Below are positions 42,780 to 55,870 of a stretch of 64,000 bases of DNA, piece by piece. Each line of letters begins with the position of its first letter. Position 1 is the stretch's first letter. The notes beneath the pieces were generated by a model, which saw only the letters and a list, made by a program, of their open reading frames with translations, had not been told where the DNA came from and searched no databases. Position numbers and translations under genes: made by a program. Source of the stretch: Amphiscolops sp. MND2022 (lineage: Eukaryota); contig OZ076409.1 of the NCBI GenBank assembly GCA_964187785.1, positions 42,472,001 through 42,536,000 of the forward strand, in the 5' to 3' direction.

Positions 42780-43490
42780 GGGTAACGTCACAATCTCATA
42801 TGCAGAGCGCTACCCCCAATGATGGTGTTGATGGTAGATTTAATGATGACGAAACTCAGAAAAGTTTTGAAAAATCTAATTCAAATTTTGACGTGGCATT
42901 GGGCATGTGATTGCTGTTTGCATCAATTTGAATGAAAATTGAAGACTAGAGAAGACAGAGAAAGCCCGAGGGCAGACAGAAAAACTGAAAACAAAAATAT
43001 TCCATTAGCCTTTGTTACGGTTTTGGTGGATTTTAGCGAAATGCTACCTAAAAGTGGCGAAAAACGGAAAAAGAGGTTTCTGCTTGAATATCTTCGATTG
43101 GTACTGGGATTACCAGCTTTAGCTGTGTGATCTGCCGTTCTGATGTATGATTGTATGGAATATTACTGTTTATATCTCTACTTTTGTGATCACGAAATAC
43201 TTGGCGATTTTAGATCATAGTCTCCCTGTCAAACTGGAATTTGAAATTTACCTATTTCTCAGCCCAGTTTTTATAGGATATCCGAGAGGTAGCCCCGAGA
43301 GTAGCAGAAAGATGTCCGTGACTTATAACAGTTTAAGACTAGTACCGAGTAGTCAAATGAAGCGGGACTTCCCCACGGACCAACGGTACGTACCCTGGAC
43401 GTGCCAAATGGATTTTTGGCAAATTGGAGCCAGTCCGGGGTGATATTTCCATTCTGATTTCTTCACCTCTAGCAATCTGTTATGCGACCG
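42780..43490 (-). mobile_element. LTR-family copy with adjacent internal sequence
   Basis: Colinear with 16888-17570, sharing the LTR motifs and the AAGATG-CCGT-ACTT ORF start. Confidence 0.55.
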
Positions 43491-45866
43491 ATTAAAGCAC
43501 CGATTTTTTGGCATTATGCGACTTTTTTCTAGAAATAATTTTGGAAAGAAAAAATGAAAAATTCAAATTTTCGGATGGTTAGAGTTGAGAGAAAAGGGTA
43601 TTTTTCTTTCCTCTGTGTTTTTAGCCTGGCAACATTTTCCTTGACAAAACATGCTGGTTTTGTATGAAAGGGTTTTAGTTACTTGCAAAGAGAGAAAAGT
43701 GTGAAAATGTAAATTATGGCAATGAAGGTACGAAAAACGCTTCTTCTATTTTGGCAGTTCACTTCGATGTGACAATTACAGGTTGTTTACCAACAGTTTA
43801 TTGAATGTCATGTTTACACCTTTCTATCGCTCTGCCACATTCCCCTCTTTATATACTAATGAGAGAGCAATTAATATCAATAATCATGAGTACGCCATCA
43901 ATTACACTCAGTACTAAGCTGCCAGATTTCGTTGCACTTTACAAACACGTGATTGGTTACTAGTGGACCAATAATAATTCAAGACTAGATTAAATACATC
44001 AACACAAACTAAAATGTATGCTTCATGTTTCAGGATTCTTCAAACTGGGTCCATTACTTCTCCTATCTCTGCTCTTCACAATTGTGACCAGAATATTTTG
44101 GCCTAGCCAGTCAAGTTTCTTCGCGTTTCGGGCAATCGATGCTGATGTCCTAGTGATCCTGCAGAACAAGCCCCAGTCGATGAGAACCAGACCTGTCACA
44201 ACAACCTCAATGATCTTTGATGGCCAAACTGAGAAGTTCAAGTTGTTTGAAGACTTGTTTCACACGATGATCAAGATGCAACCCGTTATGATAGAGCAGA
44301 TGCAAGTTACCATTACCACTCTTTGGGCCGGAAAGGGGAATTACAAACATTTCGCAATATAAACTCGACCAACAGCCAAACACTCGAGGCGGTATTGGCC
44401 AGATCTCGCTAAAAGTATGTTAAACCTCATTCCCAAGCCATAGCAAAACACAAGTGGCATAGTCTCACCGTTGACTCTTAGACCATGAAGTTAACAGACT
44501 TTTTGGAGGAGCTTAACCAAGGCGCCGAGAAGGTCTTTGGTGAAAAAGCCAAAAGTATGCTTGACAGCCTGCTATATGCTAAATAACAATATAAACTCGA
44601 AAGGTCGGTGAACGTGGCCATGCTGGAAAATGGGACACAAGAGGAAAGCGTAGCTTATCTCGAAAGAGAATTAGAGCTTAACGCCTTGGAGGAATCAGAT
44701 GACTTACCAATGGCCACAACGGCCTCAGCATCCGTCAAGACACGAAACCTGGTGTCAAACGGCATTGATGTCAATGAAAATACCCAAATGCTCTTACTAG
44801 AAGACCGAGGACTACTCCTGGAAAAACTGCCCGAAACTGAAAAAGAAACGGGACTCGGACGCCGATAACGGCAAAAAGTCCGAACGTCCCACTTACCCAG
44901 AATGCACAGATTGCGGTAGAACTAATCACTCAACAGAAAAGTGTTGGTGCGGGGCTGGTGCACATCTCCGTCCTAAAAGGACTAGACAATATGTCGAAAC
45001 TCCTTCACCCTCCGAGGATGAAGGAAATTCCCTTAGCTCGACGAAACGACGTCCTCATCACGGCAATCGACCTCGACAAGGCCTGAATAAAAAAACTAAG
45101 TTTGCTACAACTCAAAATATGTGACCGAATGTCGCTACGACAATATGTCATACCTGACCCAGCTAACATCACTTACCATCAACTTCATGGTAACATCAAT
45201 GAAACACCATCAGTGGTCTGGCAGCAACAGATGGATGAAACTTACATTAAAACTTACAAAGTATTCCACAATGACCGCCCAGATCGATACTACGAACAGG
45301 ACTATTTTGCAGACGTTGAGACTCAATTTTGACTCCTTCAACTAATCGAAGGCTATAAACCACAATGCTTTGACCCGGAAAATGACAGAGACCCATAATG
45401 GGACAATTCCCTTTCTGACCAACAAAAATGACAAATCAACTGTGAAGACTACCCACCGATTGATGATGAGGATTAACCCGAAATTCGAGAAAACAAACTA
45501 TCGAGGGCACTTAACGAATTGTGGCAGCCGAAACCGGAAATTTTTGTTTTAGAGGAATTAGAGGATCAACTCATTGAAAACGGACTAGAGATTGAACCCG
45601 GCCTGCTTGACGAAACCGCCCTTTAATACGTCTTCGTGACCAAACAAAAACATAAGCGCAACTGCCATTGCCCGACAGCTCCGAGCAGACAATCTCTTTG
45701 AGGCTTGAAATTATTCAGCAAGGAAAACTAGATCCCAGCTCGTGTCCAGGGATCATATTATCTTTCCTTGTATAATGTCAAAGAGCGTTGGCTAGGTCAC
45801 TTGTACGGTACGAGACGATGTGATTTACAGTAATCTCTGCGGCAGTAGACACTAGATAAAGCATTT

Positions 45867-47247
45867 AACAAAAACCGAATGTTTGCAGCTACCCAAGTGA
45901 ACTGTCAAGCCTAATTAAGAATAGGTGTTTTCACACGATTACCATTTGGAAGTAGGGAACAACAACAAATTTACATATGATCAAAAAAATTGAGAATCGA
46001 AAAGTTCTTGGTCTACATATTTCTCCTCGAAATATCGAAAGTTTTTAATTTTCAAATTTGGACACCTACTCTGGTGTGATATCAGGTGGAAAAACCGCTG
46101 ACATTTATATATCAGAAGTGACAAGCGAGAACACGCACAGGATTTTTTTTAAAACTCAAAAAAATTTCGATTTTCAACAACCATTTTTGCAATGACGAAA
46201 AATTTTCATCAGCAATGAATATAACATCCGCCAGTGTCAGTTGTTCTATATATTGAGCCGGTTTGATGTGGTTCAAGTAATGAAATTAGCAAAATCAACG
46301 AAAACGTAACGTAATTGGAAAATTCATCCGAAGCTAATATAATCGCGCCGGAAGAAAATTTCCGTTGAAACTTTACTTTGTCAGAAAAGTATTCAAGGGT
46401 AGAAACTTTTTCTGATAATTCGGATAGCTTCGGAGCAATGGTTTGTCGGAGAAGGGCCGGGTCCAAGCATATACAAATATGAATGTCAAAATTCGCGTTT
46501 TCGCAAAAACACCCATAAAGATTCCGTTTTTAATTGCCATTTTCAACTCCCAGTATCAAAACGTTCAGCCACTGAAATGAGGGGTCCTGATACGTCGGCT
46601 GATGCCTATTTTTGGCCGGTTTGATGTGGTTCATCAACCGAAAATAGGCAAAATCGGCAGAATCTTTTAAGTTTTTTAGAAATTTCACGTTTCTGAAGCT
46701 TCAAAAATCACGCCGGCCTAAAAATCTCGGAAAATCTGAGCGGGTCCAGGAGTGATGGGTTCTACGGAAGTGCGCCCAAGCACCCCCAATCGCATGGGGT
46801 ACGTCAAATCACACTTTTTTCCTCAACTTTTCTGATTTTCATTTGCCATTTTCTCCACGTGATCGTAGCAAAATGAAACTTTCATGAGCTTAAAGAAGAC
46901 ACCCTCTTGCATCAGTTACTACCTATTTGAGACGGTTCGATATGGTTCAAGAGGTAAAATTACGTAAGACCAGAAAAAACCCTAAAAATTGTCGCAAAAA
47001 TTGTGTTTCCGACGCTAATAAAATCGCCCAGGCGGAAAATTTTTGGAACCTTCTTATATGGCCAGAAAGGGCATTCAGTTGCGGTTCTGTTTTTAAAATT
47101 TTGAATTGTCTCGGAGAAATAAGCTTGGAGAAAAACAGCTGTAACTTACAAATGCAGAGGGATGTTACATTTTGACGAAAATTAACCCGACGCAAACTAT
47201 AAGGTATCTCGCTCCGCTTGGATGGATGCTTCGCTTCGCTTCTCTAA
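45867..47247 (-). mobile_element. 1.38-kb non-coding insertion (family D) in Gypsy pol
   Basis: Removing it restores DKAF-KRMLYFP. Minus-strand termini TTAG...TTTGTT, no target duplication seen. Internal subrepeats of about 320-360 bp (CGGTTTGATGTGGTTCA at about 46259, 46617, 46933). Confidence 0.6.
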
Positions 47248-47507
47248 AAACGGATGCTTTATTTCCCAAAGGACTTTGGGGAATTAACAATAGACGGCCT
47301 ATTCGACGCTGGGTCTCTATTCAGTGCAATCCCAGAAACAGACCTCAGAAAAAATGGCCTTTTGGCGCTCCAATCATTTGGTAAACAAGGTACTGCTCCG
47401 ATCTTTGAAATCATCGTCGCAAATGGACCACTGGAAACTCTAAAAAGCATTGTCGAACTAAAGTTCGAAGGAAACATAGAAATCCATGAGATCTTTTTGG
47501 TAATGGA

Positions 47508-48119
47508 AACAAGCTGGGACCGGCCCAAGTCGACGCCAAATCCAAGGCTCAAAAATAGCAAAAGGACATTAAAGGTTCAAAGTATTCTCTTCTACAGCAC
47601 TAAAGTTTTTCTCCAAAAAAGTCTCGCAATGCCAAAAAAACTGAAAGGGGGATCTTTGGTCTCGTTTGGCATTGTATGTTATGCGTGAAACTTTTAGGTT
47701 CTGTTCCCTGGGCCAACAGGTGAAATTTGAAAATTTGTAGATTTTTTGGTTGAGCTATTTTGGTCAGTTCAGGTGGTCTTAAAAAAACACTGACGAAAAG
47801 CCATGACTATAGTCGACTCTTTTCTCTAGAAAAGCGCCGACTAAAAATTTAAGGGAGAGCCTTTGTTGTAACAAACAAAATTCGAAAAAATGTCTCATAG
47901 TGCCGAAAAGAAATGGAAATGTCTAACTTTGGACCCTTATTATGTGTTCCAGGACTCTGTTTGTTTTCGAGATTTCGAGTGTTTTGACCCTCCGCGTTTT
48001 GAATCTCCCCCAAATTGTTGAACAAATGAACTGAACAAAAAAGTAAACCTTTCGTGTTTAAAAACAAAACTACCCACTGTAAGAGTCGAGCACATTTTCT
48101 ACTAAAATGAGCCGACTAA
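47508..48119 (-). mobile_element. Family A insertion (two stacked 5' ends at 47844 and 48119) in the Gypsy protease
   Basis: Removing it restores FLVME-KMTGLIIGL. Inserted in an A-run without a target duplication. Confidence 0.7.
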
Positions 48120-51100
48120 AAATGACCGGACTGATTATTGGACTCATGTTACTTCAAAAAAATCATACGTCCTAGATATGCGTCAAGGCATTCTCAACTT
48201 TCTCACTTAGAATGCAGTCAATGGAAACTCCACCCAAGAGACCATTTGCACGAAGATAGCGCCATCACATTCTGTGTCGCGATTGTCACATTGGCGGACG
48301 GGGCAGTAAATTTTCACATCACCGACTAGCCATACGAACTTGAAAAATGACTGCACATAGTTTGACTGCACAAATGCCAACTTCGTACTATCACCGGCGC
48401 AAATGAAACATGTAAAACCTTTAGACCCGGTATCCACGTGGCATCTACTAAACGAAAGCGGAAAGAATGCAACCTACTGTTTTAGCAGCCTACTTAAGGC
48501 AAACAGAAATAATGATCAATACGAACAATACTGGTTTGCAAAACCCGAAAACCCAGGTGACGAGGAGTCCCATACGCCGATTCAGTGACGGATTCTTCAA
48601 GAAGTACGTCACCTACAAGAAGCGGACCTATTCAACCCACAGTAAGATGAAGATTTGCGCTGTAAATGCCTCAGCAACTCTGAATGGAAAGACTTGATGC
48701 TACTAAAACATGAAATCAAAAAAATCGAATCACTTTCAGTGGAATTTCACGATATTTTCGCCCGACACATGTTTGAAATCGGAATGAATGAAGAATTCAC
48801 AGTCAAATTGACGCAAAAAGGACGTTTCATCTGCTTTTAGTCAAAACCTCTCAACCCCAGTCAAAATAAAAGAAGACATATCAATCGAACTGGCCTTAAA
48901 ACAGAAATATGGCATAATTACAACACTGCAATTCTCAAAATATACCGGCCCAATATTTGCGCAGAAAAAGCCCAATGGGAAACTACGACCACTTGTTGAC
49001 CTACGAAAGATCAACAACCTCATATCGGATGATTATTTAAACACAATTCACTCAGTCTGCACCCTCACGGACGCAGCATAAAGCCGCCAAGAAAATTTTG
49101 TGTTAACTTGATTGCTCACAGGCCTACCAATTTCTTCACTTTGCGGACAGTAGAAATGCACTTGTTCAAATTCGCAAGCTGCACTTTGCTTATAGAAGAC
49201 TTGCCCAAGGACTCAGTTAAGCCTTATAGGCATTCTCAAGGTTTATGCGAAAGTTATCAAAGCTGATCAATGCGCACAATAGTTGGAAGACATAAGCATA
49301 GTAGCCAACGACGCCAACCACCTCAGCAAAAACCTGACCGAGACATTTGAGTGCATCAGAAAAGCTGGATTGAAACTAACAATGCACAAATGCTATTCTG
49401 GGGCAACGGAGATAGCTTCTTGGGAAGGACATTCACCCCAGAAGGCGCGAAACCACAAAAAAGAATGTCAAACTTCTAAAAAAAAGGATTTCCAAAAATC
49501 CCAAAAAACCAGCAAAAACTTGTTGGTGTCCTGATTTAGTACAGAAACCGCAGCCCACGACTGTCCAAGAAACTAGCTCCATTCTTTCAATTCCTTAAAA
49601 ATGACGAGAAAGTCCTAGTGACAACAGAGCTGATACAAAAAATCAATGATATTATTAGAGATCTTGACAAGTGCAGCCAACTGCCCTTAAAGCTACCGCT
49701 GCCGAACAAACAATTAGTACTAATGACAGATGCAAGTTTTACAGCAGCTGGGTACGCCATCTTTATCCAGAGACGACTTGAATCAGAGATATGCTTCCGT
49801 CAAAAAATCATATGCCCCTATTCCATTCGATTGGAAGATCTTCACGCCGTCACAACTCAAGATTTCCATAGATGTCCAAGATAAAGAAGTTCACTAATTT
49901 ACTACGCATTCAAAGAATTTGGACACTTGTTCTGGGGAACGCCCAAACCAATCACTATCCTTACGGATAATACATCGGTAACCAGGTTCTTCCAGACGAA
50001 GATAATACGAAGATGGTATAAAACGGTTGCCAAAGACGTTATCCTGAAATTACGTGAAACATCCTGAAAAAATGTGGAAATGCGTCCCAATGAAGCGACT
50101 GTCCAATCAGCAGGCGTATCAGAAGAACAAGTCTTTTTCATTGAGTACGACGACAAAGCAAACGTCCAATTTTCGGAACGTAAAAAACAAAGCCTTAACA
50201 ACCCTAACAACACCGAGACTATAGTACAAATTGATTCAATATCCGGAAACACATTTGATGAAACACTGAATGTTGCCCAAAAAGTCTGTAGGACCAATCA
50301 AATCCTACTAGAACAGTGCAATGATCCCATACTTCAACAACTCAAGGCACAATACAAAAGGAAGATTTTTCGGGAGAAATCCTACAGCAACATATTCGGT
50401 ATACACATTATCTTAACAACTTGGACCGAATGTTCTTCAAAGGCGAGATAGTCACGCGACAAAGCTATGATCAAACTGGACAAATCAAATATCATCAAAT
50501 TCCTTTGCTAAAAGAACTTCTACAAGCATTACATGGACCTGCTCACATAAACCCTGGCATATCCAAAATGCAAAAAGAAATTAGCCAGAATTACTACCAC
50601 CCAGGAATAGCTGAACACGCACGAACAGCTCAACGTGCCCGAATGGGATCTTGGACCAGAGGACGCAATGCAGAGTGACATGTTGCCCAATCTACTAACG
50701 AGCTATGGATGTCACACTGTGATGACGGCAATAGATATTTTTTGAGATACCTGTTTGCCTACCCGTTACTCGAGGCATCAGCTTCAATCACGGCAAAAGA
50801 GACATAATTACAAAACATTCATGTTCACCGACCACACTAATCACAGACAAAGAACTTCATTTATGTCAAAAATCTTAGCAGAAGCAACGCAATTTTTGAG
50901 TATAACACTGTTTGTTCCACTACTAACCACCCACAGATGATTGGAAAGTTGGAGAGGACATACGCATCCTTGAAAACAAGTTTGAAAATGGCCTCATGGA
51001 AATGTCGCTGTTAATGGCACAAATATTTGCAAATAGCCGTTCTCAACTACAATGCAACATACCACTCCAGTATTGGCTTTGAGATGAGTAAGTTTTTTCA

Positions 51101-52472
51101 CGGACGATTTCCCTACAATGTCCCAGATCATGAACTTGGAAACCCCAACAGGTAATTCTCGCCCACAACGGAATTTGCTGAAAAATTACAACAGAGGAAA
51201 TGTTTTCTGAAGACAATCAATTTCCGTTTTCGTGTGTGAAGTGAAAACCAGTCAATGTACGTATTTGCAGAGAGTGTAAAGTAGTCATTTACTGTCTTTT
51301 GATCACTAAATCACGCGTAACTCCAAATCACACAGTGTAACAAGCAAAACAGGTAACGCGTGTTTAAGATAACTACGCATTTTCATTGGCTGTTGTTCGA
51401 ACTAGCAAGATCTTGCTAGTTCGTTGCGGCATATGTATCCTAATGCTCAGTGATAAAACGAAGAAAATTATCACGCACTCATATAAGAAGAACGAAGATC
51501 ATTACGACCGGAAAGCCAAGGCAGCTCCGCTGAACGAAAGATGTTTGAATTATTTTATAACCCAAAGCTGACAATCAAGGATCAAAAGTTCCGTTCAGGG
51601 ACTACCGATGGATTGGACCGAATAAAATCGAAAAGGTACTACCCAATGACAATTTTTTTGTCAGACTTTTAAACACTAAAAACGAACATGCTTCACATCG
51701 TCGAATGAGACTCAAAAAACTTGTCCCAAATACTCCTTTAGAGAACAGATATAATGAAGAGAATCTGCAGCCAAACGACGACATTTTGTAGTACCGCAAG
51801 ACGATTTCATCAACGATCTCCTGGAAAGCCGAATTCAATTATGAAAGCTTTGAGGAGTAACGGGACACTATTCCGCATGAAACTACAAAACGAGAGAATG
51901 AAAGCACAAGCAATGCAACGGATAATGACGTCACCGAATGAATAGTACCAGCGGACGAAATGCCTAACTTGTCAGGAGATGAAAATGACGTTACCGCGTG
52001 AGATGAACGTGAAGCGGGATGCAGTGATTCAGAGAAGTCGAGCATGGTCGATTGCCGGAATAGTCCAAAGGGAGAAAATACGCCCCTGGCTCGGAAAATG
52101 GCTTTGATGAACCCACGAGTGAAAGATTTGACGCGGAACCGTCATCAAATAGGGGCGGAGATCTTACCGTGCTCGGAATACTGCATGATAGAAAAATGAA
52201 TGGAAAAACCGATGGAACGTCTAACCCTGGAGGTGGGAAAATTAATCTTTGGCCTAAGCCTACCCCAAACTACAGTGATGAGTACAGATATTAGCCAGAA
52301 TTGTAACTTTGTAGTCCCCAATTTCTTAGTTCCCTGGAATGACAAGTACTTCATGCGGGACTAGACTGACTAAATATATTAAGATACAAACAGAATACTA
52401 AATACAGCAAATTACATGAAACCAGAAACGTACAAATCAAAATAAATGAAAGCAAATGTACAAAATGTATAA

Positions 52473-55400
52473 TTAATATTTAATGGTATTTCCCCCAAGC
52501 TCTTTGACTGCATTTGAATCTTCCTCATGAGGAATATCGCGAAAGTAAGCTCTCTTCATGGACCTCCCAGGTGCAGATATAACTGATCGGTCTTCAACAC
52601 TGGAGACAGAAGACGGCTCAGGTCGAGCAGACGATGAACCACTATCAGCTAAGGGAACTGCGTTCCAAGCAACACTCAATTTTCTGAAAAGCTCAGTCCT
52701 GCCAAAAGAATCATCGTTGGCCCAAGGATCTCCAGCGGTATTTCCGGACTCAAAGCGATCACGAAGGCTCCGATACTTTATTATTGCCTCATCGGTCGCG
52801 CAAGTCGCGATGGGATTAATACTATTCGCAACATAGAACTGGTTAAGATGTAGCAGCGCTACAAGTCGACATCGTGGGTCGGAAAAACGTTTTCCCTGGA
52901 TGCGAATAGGGAGTAAATGAGGACTCGTCTGTCAGGCAGAAGCAGCACAAACAAAAAAGGTGATACAAATGTCTGCGATAGGGTAAAGCTGAGATAGGCA
53001 GTAACAGGAGAAGCAAATACCCCATAAAGTCTGGTTTGTCCTTAAAGTCATTGTATGTGATGCGGAAGTATTCGACAAACTCCAGCTACTCATCCCTGCT
53101 ATTAGTATCCCCGCTGTCAGAAGCAGTTGAACAAAGATGCGAAACAAATGAAAGTTGCTCGATCGGCTGGGCAAGTAGGTCGCGCGGGTCAAAACTAGCC
53201 ATCCCCTGCTCATAAACCATGGTGATTCTAAGGTCCTCCAAGACATCTTCCAACAAAGGGACGACGTAGTTTCTGGCTCTTACATTAAAGTTTATCTTCA
53301 CTACAGCCATCTGGTATTATATGGGCGTAGTGGTGTCTTTTCGATCGCTGAGGACTCTCTCGGATCTGACCATGCAAGGACCGTGGAGATCAATTTTAGG
53401 CTTGAGCTGGTTTAAGAAATCTCGGCTTGAGAGCTGGCGTAATTCCTCAATGGGCATGCGGATGAGGTCGAACCAGTCTGTCTCTGCATGAAAGTTTTAA
53501 AGTAGGATAGCTGTATAGCAGAGTTTTCGGATGTACCGACACAGCTGGCCAAAACGAGAATTTGGTGCCGCGTTTCCCGTTCAGGCTTCTTTTAAAGCAC
53601 TTTATGTCTAAACAAGTCAAAACATATGAAGACAGTGAATGGGGCCCAGTTGGGACAAAGTGATAACTATGGTTGTGTGATCCAACGAAAGTATAGTAAA
53701 AGTTCATGGTAAAATAGCCAAAAACTGAAAAGGGTAAAACTACTAACAATCGCCGACCATGAGAAAGAAGAATACCTATTTCACAACAAAGAAGTCGTCC
53801 ATCATAATCCTCCATTCGGGACTCTGAGGGTAAAACAGAAAACTTACCAACGGTGTCGAATTGGTATGATAAACCTAAAGAGTCTGATGGCACGCAGTTC
53901 AGTCTTGTTCTCATGAACGTTTATCAAACTGTTACAATATTTTGAACATCTTGCATTCCTTGGGTAGATGCGGTCTTTGTTATGTAGTTAATGTTGGCAG
54001 GCCATTTTGCGACAAGTTCGACACAAAGCGCCGGGAACATCTTTAGATTGAAATCACCTGAAGTAATTGCCTGGAAAGGAATGACAAATATAGTGTCAAC
54101 CGTTTAGGTAATCGGGAAGCATTTAGGAGCTTCCCCAGTTTCTTCGTGGCGGAATAACAGGACCTTGGGTGAGAGTGCTTTGTGCCTGTGACGAACGGAG
54201 AGGCAGCAGTACTGACCCTTCGTCTCAAAGAGAGAACATGCCCGTCGTGGATACTTGGGCAGAAATGTCTCCAACCCCGCATATGAAAATGTGGCGAAAG
54301 ATAGTCTGAAAACAAAACTCACAAGTTAAAACATAGGACAGTGAGATCTTTGCTAACTTACAAGTAAATCGAAAGTTACCGCGAGAGTAGCTCAATCCCA
54401 TTCAGTTCATATACTCTCCTACTCAGGGTCTGTAGTAAGGCAAGGTTTCCATCACTAGTGACAAGCGAGCAAATTTTTGAGATTTGGGATACTTATCTAT
54501 GTTCTTCTGGATTTGCTAGAGTGTCTTCTCGATGATGTCTACTAAAGGAGCATTTATGATTAATGGCAGATATTTCTCATGTTCCATCGGCGGGAGTGTA
54601 TGCCCGTCTTCACCTCTTACATCGTTGGTGACCTCAGCGGTTGTCAAGTAAACTCTATTTAAGTTTCGTCCAATTTTTGACTTCTAAGTAGGAATCCTTC
54701 TTTACCTTGGCAGGTCGACACACCATGCGGCGTCTTTTACGAGGAGGGCTAGGAACTGTGGCCTCTTGTCGAGATCCTGAAATCAGAGATGAGCGAGGCT
54801 TGTGATCGATGCTACTGTAACCACTCCATGAGCTGGGTCGTGGCTCTTCATGCTCAGGACCAGCTAGGCCACTGGTGTTGCGGGTTTTGTAACTTGAGCG
54901 GGTGACGTAGTTGGTTCAGTGTCTCTGCAGTACACTATGCTACCAGGATCGTCGTCTGAGTTAATAGCCCCGCTTGTATTCCCGTCACTGGTATTCCCAT
55001 CCTCACAACTGACGGTAATGTAACGCGAAGCAGCAGCTGACTTCTTCAACTGTTTTCCTCACTTGTCGGAGACTTCCACAATCTTGATTTGTAATAACAA
55101 CGATTTCATCATATGGAAGCAGGAAATAATTCTCTCATCTGCGATGGTATGATGCACGTGATGCATGTGGGCCTCGCTTAACGCAATCGTTGGGTGCTCG
55201 ATGGGTAGAGAAATGAGGACGTTGCTTGTGAAGTATAGTCTCGGATAGTTTCCCTACCAGTAGCATTCAACTCCCGAGGCGTCGAAGCAATGGTTTTCCG
55301 ATATTGGGCTTGTTCTTCATCGATGGGCCAGGACTCGCTTTGCAGGCCCCTTCGAAGGAAATGAGGTGGGGCCAAGGATGAGATTCCGGGTAAGGCCAGT

Positions 55401-55870
55401 GTTCACACCCACCCACTCCAGAGCTGTAATAAAGCTCTTCAACTCAACATGGCTTGTGTCAGTTTGCTGTGAGACTTGGGCAGCTAGACGCATGCTGAAT
55501 TCGTATTGGCTGTCTAGGTCGAACAGACACGCGCGGCCTTCAGACATATTTGCAACCACTTGAAATCTTCAAGTTAGATTCAGGTGAAAATAAACACTTG
55601 GCGGAACTCTTGAATGCTCTCCGCCGCTTTAGGTAAATGGATGCTGATCGGTGGTCAACAAAGCCGAAAACGGCTGTCATCAAAGGCTGTTTAGGAAAGT
55701 TTCATCAATCGTGTAGTGAAGTTAGACTTCGGACCGATGCTGGCGCACGTTCAGCCGAATTCAAGAAACCATCCGGCAATTTCGATTGTCCCGACTGTGA
55801 ACCTGCCACTGTACACCCTATATGCTTGTTCTCTAGGCGTTTATGTGTTTAGGTTCATATAACGTATATG
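52473..55870 (-). pseudogene. Decayed antisense ORF region 3' of Gypsy pol
   Basis: A chain of minus-strand ORF fragments directly follows the pol stop, GC-richer than the flanks. No domain recognised. Confidence 0.4.

Larger units (their letters stand above)
44153..52292 (+). mobile_element. Decayed Ty3/Gypsy LTR retrotransposon (gag-pol) with nested insertions
   Basis: Gag FDGQTEKFKLFEDLF and CCHC knuckle CTDCGRTNHSTEKC (about 44900). Protease IDGLFDAGS (about 47290). RT KPNGKLRPLVDLRKIN and DCSQAY. RNase H LMTDASFTAAGY and ILTDN. Integrase LHGPAHINPGISK. GPY/F-like WIGPNKI. Order PR-RT-RH-IN. Confidence 0.9.

Noticed and set aside
43846..44153. Canonical Helitron-like ends (TCTTTTATATACTAAT...CTAGT)
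   Set aside because: The 5' flank is not A, the 3' hairpin is weak, and only one copy is present.
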